DNA of 31,241 nt. Origin: Fastidiosibacter lacustris. Its GTDB lineage: Bacteria > Pseudomonadota > Gammaproteobacteria > Francisellales > Francisellaceae. The stretch covers positions 1 through 31,241 of the forward strand of contig NZ_QLIR01000019.1 of the NCBI RefSeq assembly GCF_003428155.1, written 5' to 3'. Shown piece after piece: positions 1-10,192 of this stretch. Below the pieces are notes generated by a model, which saw only the letters and a list, made by a program, of their open reading frames with translations, was not told the origin of the DNA and did not search any database. A program made the position numbers and the translations under genes. How positions within the stretch are numbered: the stretch's first letter is position 1; each line of letters opens with the position of its first letter.

Positions 1-67
1 GCTTTTTTACACCTGTTAAACGACGAAACTCATCTGCTGCTAACTTGTTTATCGTTTCCCATCTCAT
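1..67 (-). CDS. 5' end of an ORF that runs off the left edge; the N-terminus resembles the HTH leader of IS5-group (DDE_Tnp_4-type) transposases
   Basis: Minus-strand ATG at 67-65 is preceded by AAGGTGGA. It reads MRWETINKLAADEFRRLTGVKK and stays open to position 1. The 'F(K/R)RLTGV' pattern is recalled from IS5-group transposase N-termini. Only 22 codons are visible. Confidence 0.3.
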   Translation of the reverse strand, partial: MRWETINKLAADEFRRLTGVKK

Positions 68-275
68 TGATCATATCCACCTTTAATTTTTAAATAGCTA
101 TTTTGCTAGATTAAATACGGTTTGGAAAGAACTCTATTATTCTGTTACTTTTCCAATTTAAAATAATATTGCTTTAGATACACTCACCCATCGTAGGTGT
201 AACCCTAAACTTTGCTTTTGCTACTTAAAAAAATTCAGTAAAATATCATAAAATCACTACCTAAGGATCCCGCAT

Positions 276-542
276 ATGACTACTATTTTTTGTACTAAAC
301 TACAACAACAAGGCACCGCGATGCTTTATGCCCCTTTGCCTGGTGAGCTAGGACAAAAGATTCTGCAATATATTTCACAAGAAGCATGGGCAAAATGGTT
401 GGATCACCAAACCATTTTGATCAATGAATATCGTTTAAATTTACTAGAACCAGAAGCCAAAAAATTCCTAATCACTGAAATGGAAAAATTCCTATTTGAT
501 GGTAGCGCTGAGAAACCTGCTGCATTTTCAGAACCTGAGTAA
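276..542 (+). CDS. yggX: Fe(2+)-trafficking / oxidative-damage protection protein YggX
   Basis: The 88-aa ORF has 'IFCTKLQQ...LPGELGQKI...SQEAWAKWLDHQTILINEYRLN...FLF', which is collinear with E. coli YggX in size and motif order. Confidence 0.9.
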   Translation: MTTIFCTKLQQQGTAMLYAPLPGELGQKILQYISQEAWAKWLDHQTILINEYRLNLLEPEAKKFLITEMEKFLFDGSAEKPAAFSEPE

Positions 543-721
543 TTGTCCTATTTTTATTTTTAAGGGCACCACTTGCCTATTATACTGATATTTATTGTAA
601 ATATTTCCTCTAATTGTGCGTCGCATGGGTTGTGTTACTTTTTAAATTCTCTTTTACGTCGTTTAATGGGTCGCAAGAAGCCCCCAACTATAACCGCTTG
701 CGGTTTAGTGGTGGGAGCATG

Positions 722-1603
722 TCACTCCATGCTTTTCTCAAACGCCAAATATTCTTCTTGTAGTAATAAGAAAAACGCTTGTAGTTTTTGCTGACAAAAC
801 CGTCTAAGTTTAACATCATTCTCTGAAGTACCTAAGCTTAAACAAGACTGATAAATGACTACAAGTTCTTGCATAGTGGAAAAAAGTAACTTCATCAACT
901 TTATTTGTTCATCACTTAGTTCAATCTTTGTATTGATAAAATGCTCAACTAATTTTTTTTCTTGCATAATCAAGTCATCAACTAATAATTTTATTGTTTT
1001 TTTATCCAACGTTTCTTTTGTTATTTCATCTTCAAGATTTACAGCGACTAAAATTTCTATAATTTGCTTATGTGCCAAGTAAATCTGATATGCTTTTGTT
1101 GATAATTTATGTTTTAAATTATTGGGTTTTATTATTAAACTCACAGCTAAGATGGCAACTGCGCCAATTGCAATATCAAATATACGCGCCCTAAAAAGTG
1201 ATAGATCCCAATAAGATAATGCTCCTACAAACATCACGATAAACACACTACTAAAAAACACGCCAACTGAATAATGGACTACACTAAAATAAAGCGTAAA
1301 GAGCGATAGAGCCAAAATAACACAAATCAGCACATAAAATGGTAACTCTAAACTCAGGTAATAATAAGCCAGAGTTCCTACAAAACAGCCTAAAACGGTA
1401 TGAATTACAATCGATTTAGATCTAAATAATATTTCTCTAGCATGGACACTAATACTAATTGAAATAATGGCTAATACACTCCAATAATTACGCTGCAAAC
1501 CAATCATTTCAGTTACAATAATTGCAATAATACAAGCAATTAAAACTCGAATTGCTAATAATTTATATTGAGGAAGTTGATTGATATGTCTACGCCAACT
1601 CAT
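722..1603 (-). CDS. FUSC-family (AaeB/YccS-like) integral membrane protein, single-half size
   Basis: It has about 5 hydrophobic helices followed by a helical soluble tail ('FRARIFDIAIGAVAILAVSLI'). The track start at 1606 is TTG. An ATG at 1603 sits 6 nt after AAAGGAG and overlaps the upstream stop. Confidence 0.65.
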   Translation of the reverse strand: MSWRRHINQLPQYKLLAIRVLIACIIAIIVTEMIGLQRNYWSVLAIISISISVHAREILFRSKSIVIHTVLGCFVGTLAYYYLSLELPFYVLICVILALSLFTLYFSVVHYSVGVFFSSVFIVMFVGALSYWDLSLFRARIFDIAIGAVAILAVSLIIKPNNLKHKLSTKAYQIYLAHKQIIEILVAVNLEDEITKETLDKKTIKLLVDDLIMQEKKLVEHFINTKIELSDEQIKLMKLLFSTMQELVVIYQSCLSLGTSENDVKLRRFCQQKLQAFFLLLQEEYLAFEKSME

Positions 1604-2657
1604 CAACCGCTCCTTTTAGCTCAATGATGATATACTGCAGTGATTCCAATAAGAGGAGCAATTCAAATAACACAACATGACAACCTTTGATTGGTGGATG
1701 AGAAAGTACTTCACTTTTAAAGCCTTCAGTCAGTGACTTTAACTGTGATATTTGCAGCTCAAAGTCTTGTTCTTTCTTAAACATAAACGGCCATAGTGGT
1801 GCTTTGGTTGCCATAAAAATAATTTCTTGTAGCGCACTTTGTTTAACAAGTACTTTGACAGCTGGAGAATTTTTAATAAGCAAAGATTGATAAAAAAATA
1901 AAATGCGAAAAATTGTACGTATTATATTTTGATAGCGACCATAACATCTATGCCATGCAATCTTGCGTATTGGTGAAATAATCCAGGTAGCTCCACGTTC
2001 ATGTAACGTATCTAGTGCCATATTTAGTTCTTTTTGACCATTTTTAAAATCTAGCTGGTATTTATTGGTACGCGTAATTTCTTCTAACCAAAAACGTGCT
2101 TCCTTTTGTAACATTATTGCATGTATTTGTAATACTCGAGATAACTGCTTTGGAGTATCCCACGGTCTTAGCCACAATATTAATATAACAAAAGCGATAC
2201 TAACTACAACTAAGCTTATATAAAGTTCAATCAATTGATTAGGCAATACAGGCAATTGCATAGAAGAAATCGCTAATACAATGACTAAATATCCAGGAAA
2301 TAACTTAAAGCGCCCACCAAACTTTCTAAGCCAAAAAGCAAAATAGGCTGAAATAATCACGATTAAAAAACTCAATATTTTATATGGATACAAGGACTCT
2401 GATAGACTCAAGCAAACAGCAAACCCAATAGCAAAGTAAAGAAATATCTGGCGTCTTGACTTAATATCGCCCACAGCACAAGCCATTGCCGCAAATGCCA
2501 AAAAGTAAAAACTCCACACCATCACCTCGTAGGTATAACCACAGCTCCATGCAAATAGAAAATAAGAAATCATTATACAGGCTACTTTGATCACCATTGC
2601 CAAAATATGCGCACCTGGATCATTTTTAGATAAATTATATATAAAACGCTCAATCAT
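1590..2657 (-). CDS. FUSC/YccS-like integral membrane protein (membrane domain plus cytoplasmic helical domain)
   Basis: The 355-aa ORF has an N-terminal half of about 6 hydrophobic segments and a charged helical C-terminal half. Together with 722-1603 (355+293 aa) it equals one full-length two-half FUSC protein. Confidence 0.6.
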   Translation of the reverse strand: MIERFIYNLSKNDPGAHILAMVIKVACIMISYFLFAWSCGYTYEVMVWSFYFLAFAAMACAVGDIKSRRQIFLYFAIGFAVCLSLSESLYPYKILSFLIVIISAYFAFWLRKFGGRFKLFPGYLVIVLAISSMQLPVLPNQLIELYISLVVVSIAFVILILWLRPWDTPKQLSRVLQIHAIMLQKEARFWLEEITRTNKYQLDFKNGQKELNMALDTLHERGATWIISPIRKIAWHRCYGRYQNIIRTIFRILFFYQSLLIKNSPAVKVLVKQSALQEIIFMATKAPLWPFMFKKEQDFELQISQLKSLTEGFKSEVLSHPPIKGCHVVLFELLLLLESLQYIIIELKGAVDELA

Positions 2658-2823
2658 TTTTACTGTAATCTATGTTTATTATTTACATGCCCTGTTATAA
2701 TACAGTCAGTTAACTTATTGCTATAAATAAAGCTTAATGGGCTTATTTTATAGTAATCAAATGCTAAAAGCATAATAAATATGGCACTTAAAATAAGTGG
2801 ACTAATAATGAAGAGTTAGGGGA

Positions 2824-3693
2824 ATGATAGTGAGACATGGCGACACCATTTTAGAAAAACTTCAAAACGGCGAATTTAAATTACGGAAATCAGAGCAAAA
2901 AGTTGCAAACTGGATCATGGATAATTCAGGGGATGCAACTGCCCTTAACATTACAACCATTGCACACAAAATTGGGGTAAGCGAACCGACGATTGTTCGG
3001 TTTTGTCGTGCTGTTGGCTGTAAAGGGTATCAAGAGTTTAAAATTCGCTTTGCAGAAGAACTTGCTCTGGGAAGAATCAATGAATCAATTGATATTAAAT
3101 TAAACGACTCGACTGCTGTGGTAAAAGACAAAGTTGCACAGTTTGCACGTGCTGCTTTAGCCACTATAGATAGAGAAATTGACACCACAGAACTTGAGGT
3201 TGCCACTCAAATTTTACTTGAGTCAAACAAAGTTATCGTTTGTGGCTTTGGTGCATCCAATTGCACAGCTTTTGATAGTTTTCATAAACTTTTTCGTATG
3301 ATGCCAAAAGTCGGCTATTATCCTGACATGCACATGTCTGCCATGGCTGTTGGTTCTTTAGAGCCGGGAGATGCAATTATTGCAATTTCCAATAGTGGTA
3401 AATCCGAAGCCTTAATTAGCTTATGTAAATTAGCTCGCAGCAATGGGGCCAAAGTGATCACTATTACTGATCCTGGCTCCCCTGTTGATCAAACTGCAAG
3501 TGTTCGCTTAAACATTAAAAAACAAGTAGATACTGGGCTTTTTGTACCAATGTCAAATCGCTTAAAACAGCTCATCATTATTGATTTTTTGGTTTATAAC
3601 TATGCTCGTTTAAATGCAAAGCAAGCTGAACAGCGTTTAAAAAAAACCAAAACTGCATTAACAAATTTAAAACAACAGCACAGCATTATCTGA
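2824..3693 (+). CDS. RpiR/HexR-family transcriptional regulator (HTH_6 + SIS domain)
   Basis: 'SEQKVANWIMDN...IAHKIGVSEPTIVRFCRAVGCKGYQEFK' is the RpiR-type HTH. 'IAISNSGKS' and 'ITITD' are SIS sugar-phosphate-binding motifs. A GTG at 2830 is an alternative start. Confidence 0.85.
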   Translation: MIVRHGDTILEKLQNGEFKLRKSEQKVANWIMDNSGDATALNITTIAHKIGVSEPTIVRFCRAVGCKGYQEFKIRFAEELALGRINESIDIKLNDSTAVVKDKVAQFARAALATIDREIDTTELEVATQILLESNKVIVCGFGASNCTAFDSFHKLFRMMPKVGYYPDMHMSAMAVGSLEPGDAIIAISNSGKSEALISLCKLARSNGAKVITITDPGSPVDQTASVRLNIKKQVDTGLFVPMSNRLKQLIIIDFLVYNYARLNAKQAEQRLKKTKTALTNLKQQHSII

Positions 3694-3694
3694 C

Positions 3695-5518
3695 TTATCT
3701 AAATGCATGCCAGATTTCATCGGCAAGTTTATGACTAATGCCTTTGACTTTGGCAATTTCTTCAACGGATGCTCGCACAAGCTCCTGCCAACCACCAAAA
3801 TGACGAAGCAAAGCTTGACAGCGCTTCCTACCAACACCAGGAATAGATTCTAACACCGATTCATTTTGTCTCTTCGCTATTTTTTTTCTTTGCCCTTTTA
3901 TCGCAAAATCATGAGCAGCGTCACGAATTTGTCTGAGTAATAAAAATGATAAATCATGCTCCGGTAAATGGTGGGGCTGATCATCAAAACCAAGAAAAAT
4001 ATCTTCTTTACCACTTATTCTTTCAACACCCTTCCCTAAGCTAATAAGTTGAATGTTGTGTTCTTGTTTGTAAGCATGTAACACTTGTTGTGCTTTTTTT
4101 AACTGTCCTTTGCCACCATCAATAACTATAACGTCAGGTAAGTTTTGTGCTTCTATCCCTGACTCGATCCTTCTCTCCAATACTTGCGCAATAGCTGCAT
4201 AATCATCCCCTGGGGTTATGTTTTGAATATTATAACGCCGATACGCTGACTTCATAGAACCACCTCTATCAAATACTACACATGAAGCAACTGTCGCTTC
4301 ACCTTGATAATGACTGATATCAAAGCACTCGATACGATGAATATTGTCTTTATTAAGCCATTTTGCAAGTGCCAAAAAACGTGTTGTAAATTGTGACATA
4401 GATTGCAAATTGATTTGTAGTTTTTGTTTTGCATTAATCATCGCTAATTTTTGCCATTTCGCATTATCTGCTCCAGCATCAATAAGCCACCTTATCTTGC
4501 TATCCGCACGTTGCTCAACACTCTGTAATAAACTATTTGCCACTTTATGACCTTTGGGTAAAATTATCTCTTTAGGCCATATTGTCCGATGTTCATCCAA
4601 ATAATAATGTGCTAAGAATGCCTCTAATAACTCTGATTCCGTATTGTTATTTACGTTAACAATCCAAGATTTATCGTCCGTAACCTTACCTTGTGTGACT
4701 TGTAACACAGTAATACATGCTTTTGTTTCCAAGCCTAACAAACCAATAACATGAAAACTGCGATCATTTATTTTATCTACAAACTGTTGTTGCTGTAATT
4801 TGGTTAGTAATATGAGTTGATCTCTTAACCTAGCTGCTTCTTCAAAATATTCATTTTCAGACGCTTGGTGCATTTTAGTTGAAACTTCCTGCAAAATCCC
4901 ACTGAGCTTACCACTGACAAACCTTGCTAATAAATCAACCTGTAATTGATAAGCTTCTTCACTAATTTTACCGACACAGGGCGCACTACAACGTTTAATT
5001 TGATATTGTAAGCATGGTCGTGAACGATTGTTAAAGTAACTATCTTCACACTGACGCACCACAAATAACTTTTGCAACAAAGTAAGTGTTTCTTTCATGG
5101 ATACCAACGATACATAAGGGCCAAAGTATTGACCATTTTTACGTGGTTTACCGCGAAATCCTGATAACCGTGGAAAAACATGATCACTTAAATACAAGTA
5201 TGGGTAACTCTTATCGTCTTTAAATAAAATATTATACTTTGGCTTATGCTTCTTAATTAAAGCGCTTTCTAACAAGAAAGCTTCGTAATCGCTCGGTGTA
5301 ACGGTAATATCAATAAAGTTAACTTGTGCAGCTAAGGTTTGTGTTTTTAAATCCTTAGCTCCACGATTAAAATAGCTATTGACTCGCTTATGAAGGTTTT
5401 TAGCTTTGCCAACATATAGTAAGTTGCCTTCACCATCATACATACGATAAACGCCAGGATAAGGAGTTAGATTTTTTAAAAAAGAAGATAGATCAAAATC
5501 TTGTTGGGTTTTAAACAT
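3695..5518 (-). CDS. uvrC: excinuclease ABC subunit C
   Basis: Carries the GIY-YIG motif 'PGVYRMYDGEGNLLYVGKAKNLHKR', the Cys cluster 'CLQYQIKRCSAPC', the UVR-type helix region 'FEEAARLRDQL' and a C-terminal (HhH)2 'IPGVGRKRCQALLRHFG'. Lies directly downstream of uvrY, as in many gammaproteobacteria. Confidence 0.95.
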   Translation of the reverse strand: MFKTQQDFDLSSFLKNLTPYPGVYRMYDGEGNLLYVGKAKNLHKRVNSYFNRGAKDLKTQTLAAQVNFIDITVTPSDYEAFLLESALIKKHKPKYNILFKDDKSYPYLYLSDHVFPRLSGFRGKPRKNGQYFGPYVSLVSMKETLTLLQKLFVVRQCEDSYFNNRSRPCLQYQIKRCSAPCVGKISEEAYQLQVDLLARFVSGKLSGILQEVSTKMHQASENEYFEEAARLRDQLILLTKLQQQQFVDKINDRSFHVIGLLGLETKACITVLQVTQGKVTDDKSWIVNVNNNTESELLEAFLAHYYLDEHRTIWPKEIILPKGHKVANSLLQSVEQRADSKIRWLIDAGADNAKWQKLAMINAKQKLQINLQSMSQFTTRFLALAKWLNKDNIHRIECFDISHYQGEATVASCVVFDRGGSMKSAYRRYNIQNITPGDDYAAIAQVLERRIESGIEAQNLPDVIVIDGGKGQLKKAQQVLHAYKQEHNIQLISLGKGVERISGKEDIFLGFDDQPHHLPEHDLSFLLLRQIRDAAHDFAIKGQRKKIAKRQNESVLESIPGVGRKRCQALLRHFGGWQELVRASVEEIAKVKGISHKLADEIWHAFR

Positions 5519-5558
5519 TACAAATCACAAAAAAAATTATGAAAGAAAATCCAGCATA

Positions 5559-6209
5559 TCAGTTGTTTTTATTCTCGACATCAATTAACTTGTGTCGAAT
5601 TGCAAGATGTGTTAACTCAACGTCACTATCAATACCAAGTTTTTCAAATAAGCGGTAGCGATAGCTATTCACTGTTTTGGGGCTTAAACATAGCTGATCA
5701 GCCACTTCATTTACTTTCTGACCACTGGTAATCATTATCAATACCTGCATTTCACGCTCAGATAGCGAATCAAATGGAGTTTCGTCATCATGTGTTAAAT
5801 GTTTTAACGCAAGCTGTTGTGCCACCTCTGGAGAAAGGTACCTGCGACCAGCATAAACAGTTCTAATTGCCTGAATCATTTCATCGACACTCACTCCTTT
5901 AGTCATATAACCAGAAGCACCTGCTTGTAGCACTTTTGTAGGGTAAGGCTCATCACCATAAACAGTTACCACCAATATTTTAATCTGAGGATAAGCTTTT
6001 GCAATACGCTTGGTAGCTTCCAAACCCCCGATGCCTGGCATTTTAACATCCATTAAAATCACATCAGGTAGCAATTTTGCAGTTAGAGAAATTGCTTCCT
6101 CACCACTTGCGGCTTCTCCAACGATTTCAATATTACTTACATCACTCAGTAATTTTTTTATTCCTAATCTCACTAAATCATGGTCGTCAACTAAAAGCAC
6201 CCTTATCAC
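5559..6209 (-). CDS. uvrY: NarL/FixJ-type response regulator of the UvrY/GacA/LetA group
   Basis: Receiver motifs 'VLLVDDH' and 'ILMDVKMPG', plus a LuxR-type HTH 'LSEREMQVL...LCLSPKTVNSYRYRLFEKLG'. Conserved uvrY-uvrC synteny. Confidence 0.85.
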   Translation of the reverse strand: MIRVLLVDDHDLVRLGIKKLLSDVSNIEIVGEAASGEEAISLTAKLLPDVILMDVKMPGIGGLEATKRIAKAYPQIKILVVTVYGDEPYPTKVLQAGASGYMTKGVSVDEMIQAIRTVYAGRRYLSPEVAQQLALKHLTHDDETPFDSLSEREMQVLIMITSGQKVNEVADQLCLSPKTVNSYRYRLFEKLGIDSDVELTHLAIRHKLIDVENKNN

Positions 6210-6448
6210 GTCTTTACTCCCATTATATTGATCTATCTCACAACATCACCACATGAGGCTTGATCAAATATCGTCGATTGATCATTTATTTCAAATAAAC
6301 TCATGCGCAAATTTCGAACTTATTTGTGAGAATTTGACCATAGTATAGCGTAAAAATGGGAAGTTGGCTTAGAGATTTTAGTTTATTTTGCTTGAATTTA
6401 ACTACCGTGATTGTAATATGAGTGTACTTTTAAATAATAACTAACTGC

Positions 6449-7579
6449 ATGGTCACGAACAATAATGAGTTGAACTGCCTAGTAAAACAGTTGTTAAATG
6501 AACCTTTTATTGCACTTGATACTGAATTTTATTGGCGTAATACTTATTATCCTCAGCTGTGCTTAATTCAAATTGCAACACCTAGCGATATCTATATTAT
6601 CGATACCTTAGCAACTGAAATGTCACTTGACTTGCTTACTCCTGTTTTAGAAACTCACGAAGTTTGTAAAATCATGCATGCAGCGAATAACGATATTAAA
6701 ATTCTACACCATTATTTAAACTGTCAGGTCAATAATATATTTGATACCCAAACAGCAATGGCGTTTTTAGGTCATAGCCATCAACTTTCTCTTGCCAACA
6801 CATTAAATGAGCTTGGAATTGGCATACTCGACAAACAACAAAAAACGTCAGATTGGCGTACACGTCCTTTAAGTGATCTACAGCTAAATTATGCTAAAGA
6901 AGATATTGCTTATCTAATTCATACTCATCAACTTTTGCAACAAAGACTCCAAGCTTTAGGTTGGTTAGACGCTTTCTATGAAGAAATGAAAGTAATCGTT
7001 AATTCCCACTTTACGAATGCACATGCTGCACCTTTTAAATTTAAAAACCAGCTTATGCGTTTAAACGGTAAAGCTTACGACAACGTCATTACACTTTCCA
7101 TTTGGCGAGAGCAATATGCCCAAAATAGAAATTGGGTTGTAAGATACATACTAAGTGATGATGAGCTTTTAAAAATTGCCAAACTAAATCCTGTAAACGA
7201 GCAAATGCTGATCAATAGCAAAATACTTTCAGCTAAAAAATTACACTACTTGGGAGCAAAGATTATAGATTTGCTTATCAATAACAACGTAGCTAGCCAT
7301 AGTTTTAAATTAAAATCACATCCATATCCAATGGTTGCTAAAGACTTGTTAAATCAGTGCTTTGCTTATATTGAACAACTTGCTAAAGACCACCAGTTAT
7401 CGCTAGCACTCATTTGCTCAAAGCAAGAACTGAAAGAGTTTTTGTGCGATTATTTACATGCCCCGCTTTACTTACGAGGAAAGCTTACTCAAAGTTGGCG
7501 CTATGAAAAATTTATTCAACCTGTTTGTAAACTAATAGATAAGCTTCGCCTGAAATCAGACTACAAGACATTAAATTAA
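6449..7579 (+). CDS. rnd: ribonuclease D (DEDDy 3'-5' exonuclease + HRDC)
   Basis: Exo I 'IALDTEF', Exo II 'HAANNDIKIL' and Exo III 'YAKEDIAYL', followed by an HRDC-like region 'LSIWREQYAQNRNWVVRYILSDDELLKIA'. Confidence 0.85.
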   Translation: MVTNNNELNCLVKQLLNEPFIALDTEFYWRNTYYPQLCLIQIATPSDIYIIDTLATEMSLDLLTPVLETHEVCKIMHAANNDIKILHHYLNCQVNNIFDTQTAMAFLGHSHQLSLANTLNELGIGILDKQQKTSDWRTRPLSDLQLNYAKEDIAYLIHTHQLLQQRLQALGWLDAFYEEMKVIVNSHFTNAHAAPFKFKNQLMRLNGKAYDNVITLSIWREQYAQNRNWVVRYILSDDELLKIAKLNPVNEQMLINSKILSAKKLHYLGAKIIDLLINNNVASHSFKLKSHPYPMVAKDLLNQCFAYIEQLAKDHQLSLALICSKQELKEFLCDYLHAPLYLRGKLTQSWRYEKFIQPVCKLIDKLRLKSDYKTLN

Positions 7580-7707
7580 AAGTTTGGCTGCACTTGTAAG
7601 ACTCTCATCAAATCCAGCAAAGCTTTTATGGTAATTAACTACAAATTAATTCCTACTTTGCAGTTTGGCAAGGAATAGTCGAGGATAAATTATTTACATT
7701 TTTCTGG

Positions 7708-8985
7708 TTAGATTTGGTAAAACTGACCTAATTTTCGAACCTGTCCATTTTGACGAACTTCAAATCCAAGTATCGTTTGACCATTAAACTTACCTACCTC
7801 ACCAATCATTTCACCCATCGTAACATCCTGTGACTCATGCACATTGATATCACTTAAATTGTTGTAAGCTGAAATATAACCATCTTCATGACTGATGATC
7901 ACCATCTTGCCATAACCACCCATGCCAACTCCAGCATAAAGCACATTACCATTTGCAGCAGCATAGACCTTTGTATTAAGTGGGACATTGATTTCTTGTT
8001 GCTGATTAATACCATTTTTATCAAATGTACCTTTTATTTTTAATGGCCATTGCCAAACATTAGCGGCATCTGTTTTCCCCATTGGTATATTGTTTTGAGC
8101 ATCTGACGTAATTTGTGGTTTTTTAATTGGTTCAGATTTTGGATTCGCTACAGCTAGAGGCTTCGACGTTGTTATATCTGGCAATTGAGCAGCAGGTTTT
8201 GGGTGAATAACATTTAGCATTTCACCTATTTTAGGAGGAGCACTTATCTGCTCTTTAATTTCATTTGGTGCACGAACCCGTATTTTCTGTCCAACATAAA
8301 TCAAACTGGACTCTTTTATATCATTCCAAGTTTGTAAATCAGATAAGCTAACGTCATTTGCCAAAGCAATTTCTAACAACGAATCACCCGATTGAACAAT
8401 GTAATACCCTGTTGTACTTTTTTTGATAGCATACTCAGTTTGGGTATTACCATCAAATTGAGTAAGACCATGAATATCAACCTCTTTATCATGAACATTA
8501 ACCTGATTTAAATGAGTGGTTTTTGATTGCATTTCCTGTGTTTTTACACTTGACGTAACAGGTGCAGCACTTGCATCTACAGCAGGAAGGTTTGCTTGTT
8601 TTGTTGCATTTTGTTGAATGCGAGTTACCTGTGGTTGTAAGCTTTTATTGTGAGTTACAACGTTTGTTTGGGATGTATAAGTATAGGACTGATCTGCACG
8701 CCAAATTTTTTCTCCAGGCAAAGGACTAACACGTATGGTTTTACCGGGTGTTAAAACAAAAGGTGCTTTTAACCCATTCCATAAAATCAAGGTTCGTTCA
8801 GTAACATTAAAACGCTTAGCAATATCGTACAAAGAATCACCTGTTTGTACCGTATAATAAGTCTGTTGCATTGGGATACTTGTAACAGGCGCTTGATCTT
8901 GTTCAGCATTAAAAAAGTGGTTTATTGAAGCACATCCTGATAACAATATAAGTGAAGCACCCATTGCACCTATTTTTTTAATCAC
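7708..8985 (-). CDS. nlpD: NlpD-like lipoprotein: lipobox, two LysM domains, degenerate LytM (M23) domain
   Basis: Lipobox 'LLSGC'. LysM copies 'YTVQTGDSLYDIAKRFNV...WNGL' and 'YIVQSGDSLLEIALANDVSLSDLQTWN'. C-terminal M23 fold 'VYAAANGNVLYAGVGMGGYGKMVIISHEDGYISAYNNL...ILGFEVRQNG', in which the metal-ligand His/Asp positions are replaced. Confidence 0.75.
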   Translation of the reverse strand: MIKKIGAMGASLILLSGCASINHFFNAEQDQAPVTSIPMQQTYYTVQTGDSLYDIAKRFNVTERTLILWNGLKAPFVLTPGKTIRVSPLPGEKIWRADQSYTYTSQTNVVTHNKSLQPQVTRIQQNATKQANLPAVDASAAPVTSSVKTQEMQSKTTHLNQVNVHDKEVDIHGLTQFDGNTQTEYAIKKSTTGYYIVQSGDSLLEIALANDVSLSDLQTWNDIKESSLIYVGQKIRVRAPNEIKEQISAPPKIGEMLNVIHPKPAAQLPDITTSKPLAVANPKSEPIKKPQITSDAQNNIPMGKTDAANVWQWPLKIKGTFDKNGINQQQEINVPLNTKVYAAANGNVLYAGVGMGGYGKMVIISHEDGYISAYNNLSDINVHESQDVTMGEMIGEVGKFNGQTILGFEVRQNGQVRKLGQFYQI

Positions 8986-9013
8986 TACAACTACTCCTTT
9001 TTAAGATCTTGCA

Positions 9014-10045
<1,032 letters not shown>

Positions 10046-10192
10046 TTATCTTGAATGTCAACCATACCTATGATCTAAGAATTTCAGCAAAATGTACAGT
10101 ATAAAAACTGTGAAATGGTTTACAACAGATATATAAATTAAGCCGATGAAACGTTATACTAAACTACTAGTTTAAGCAGTCAGTGATTCTAT

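Noticed and set aside
573-1082. Track ORFs 573..794 and 855..1082 (+).
   Set aside because: The first spans the intergenic region and the 3' end of the FUSC gene, and the second is antisense to it. Neither has an RBS or recognisable motifs. The same reasoning applies to 4344..4550, 6010..6231, 12930..13151, 13102..13323, 14510..14719 and 15134..15412.
722-2657. The two FUSC-type ORFs (355 + 293 aa, different frames, 14-17 nt overlap) look like one frameshifted full-length AaeB/YccS-type gene.
   Set aside because: The downstream ORF has its own strong RBS (AAAGGAG) 6 nt before an ATG at 1603 that overlaps the upstream stop (ATGAGTTGGCGTAG). This is a classic translational-coupling junction, so a genuine split two-gene arrangement is at least as likely. 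It cannot be settled without orthologs.
6392-6419. Sigma70-like promoter for rnd: TTGAAT, 16 nt, TAATAT, about 30 nt before the ATG.
   Set aside because: The match is decent, but such hexamers occur by chance at high frequency in DNA this AT-rich. I did not report it as a feature without transcript data.
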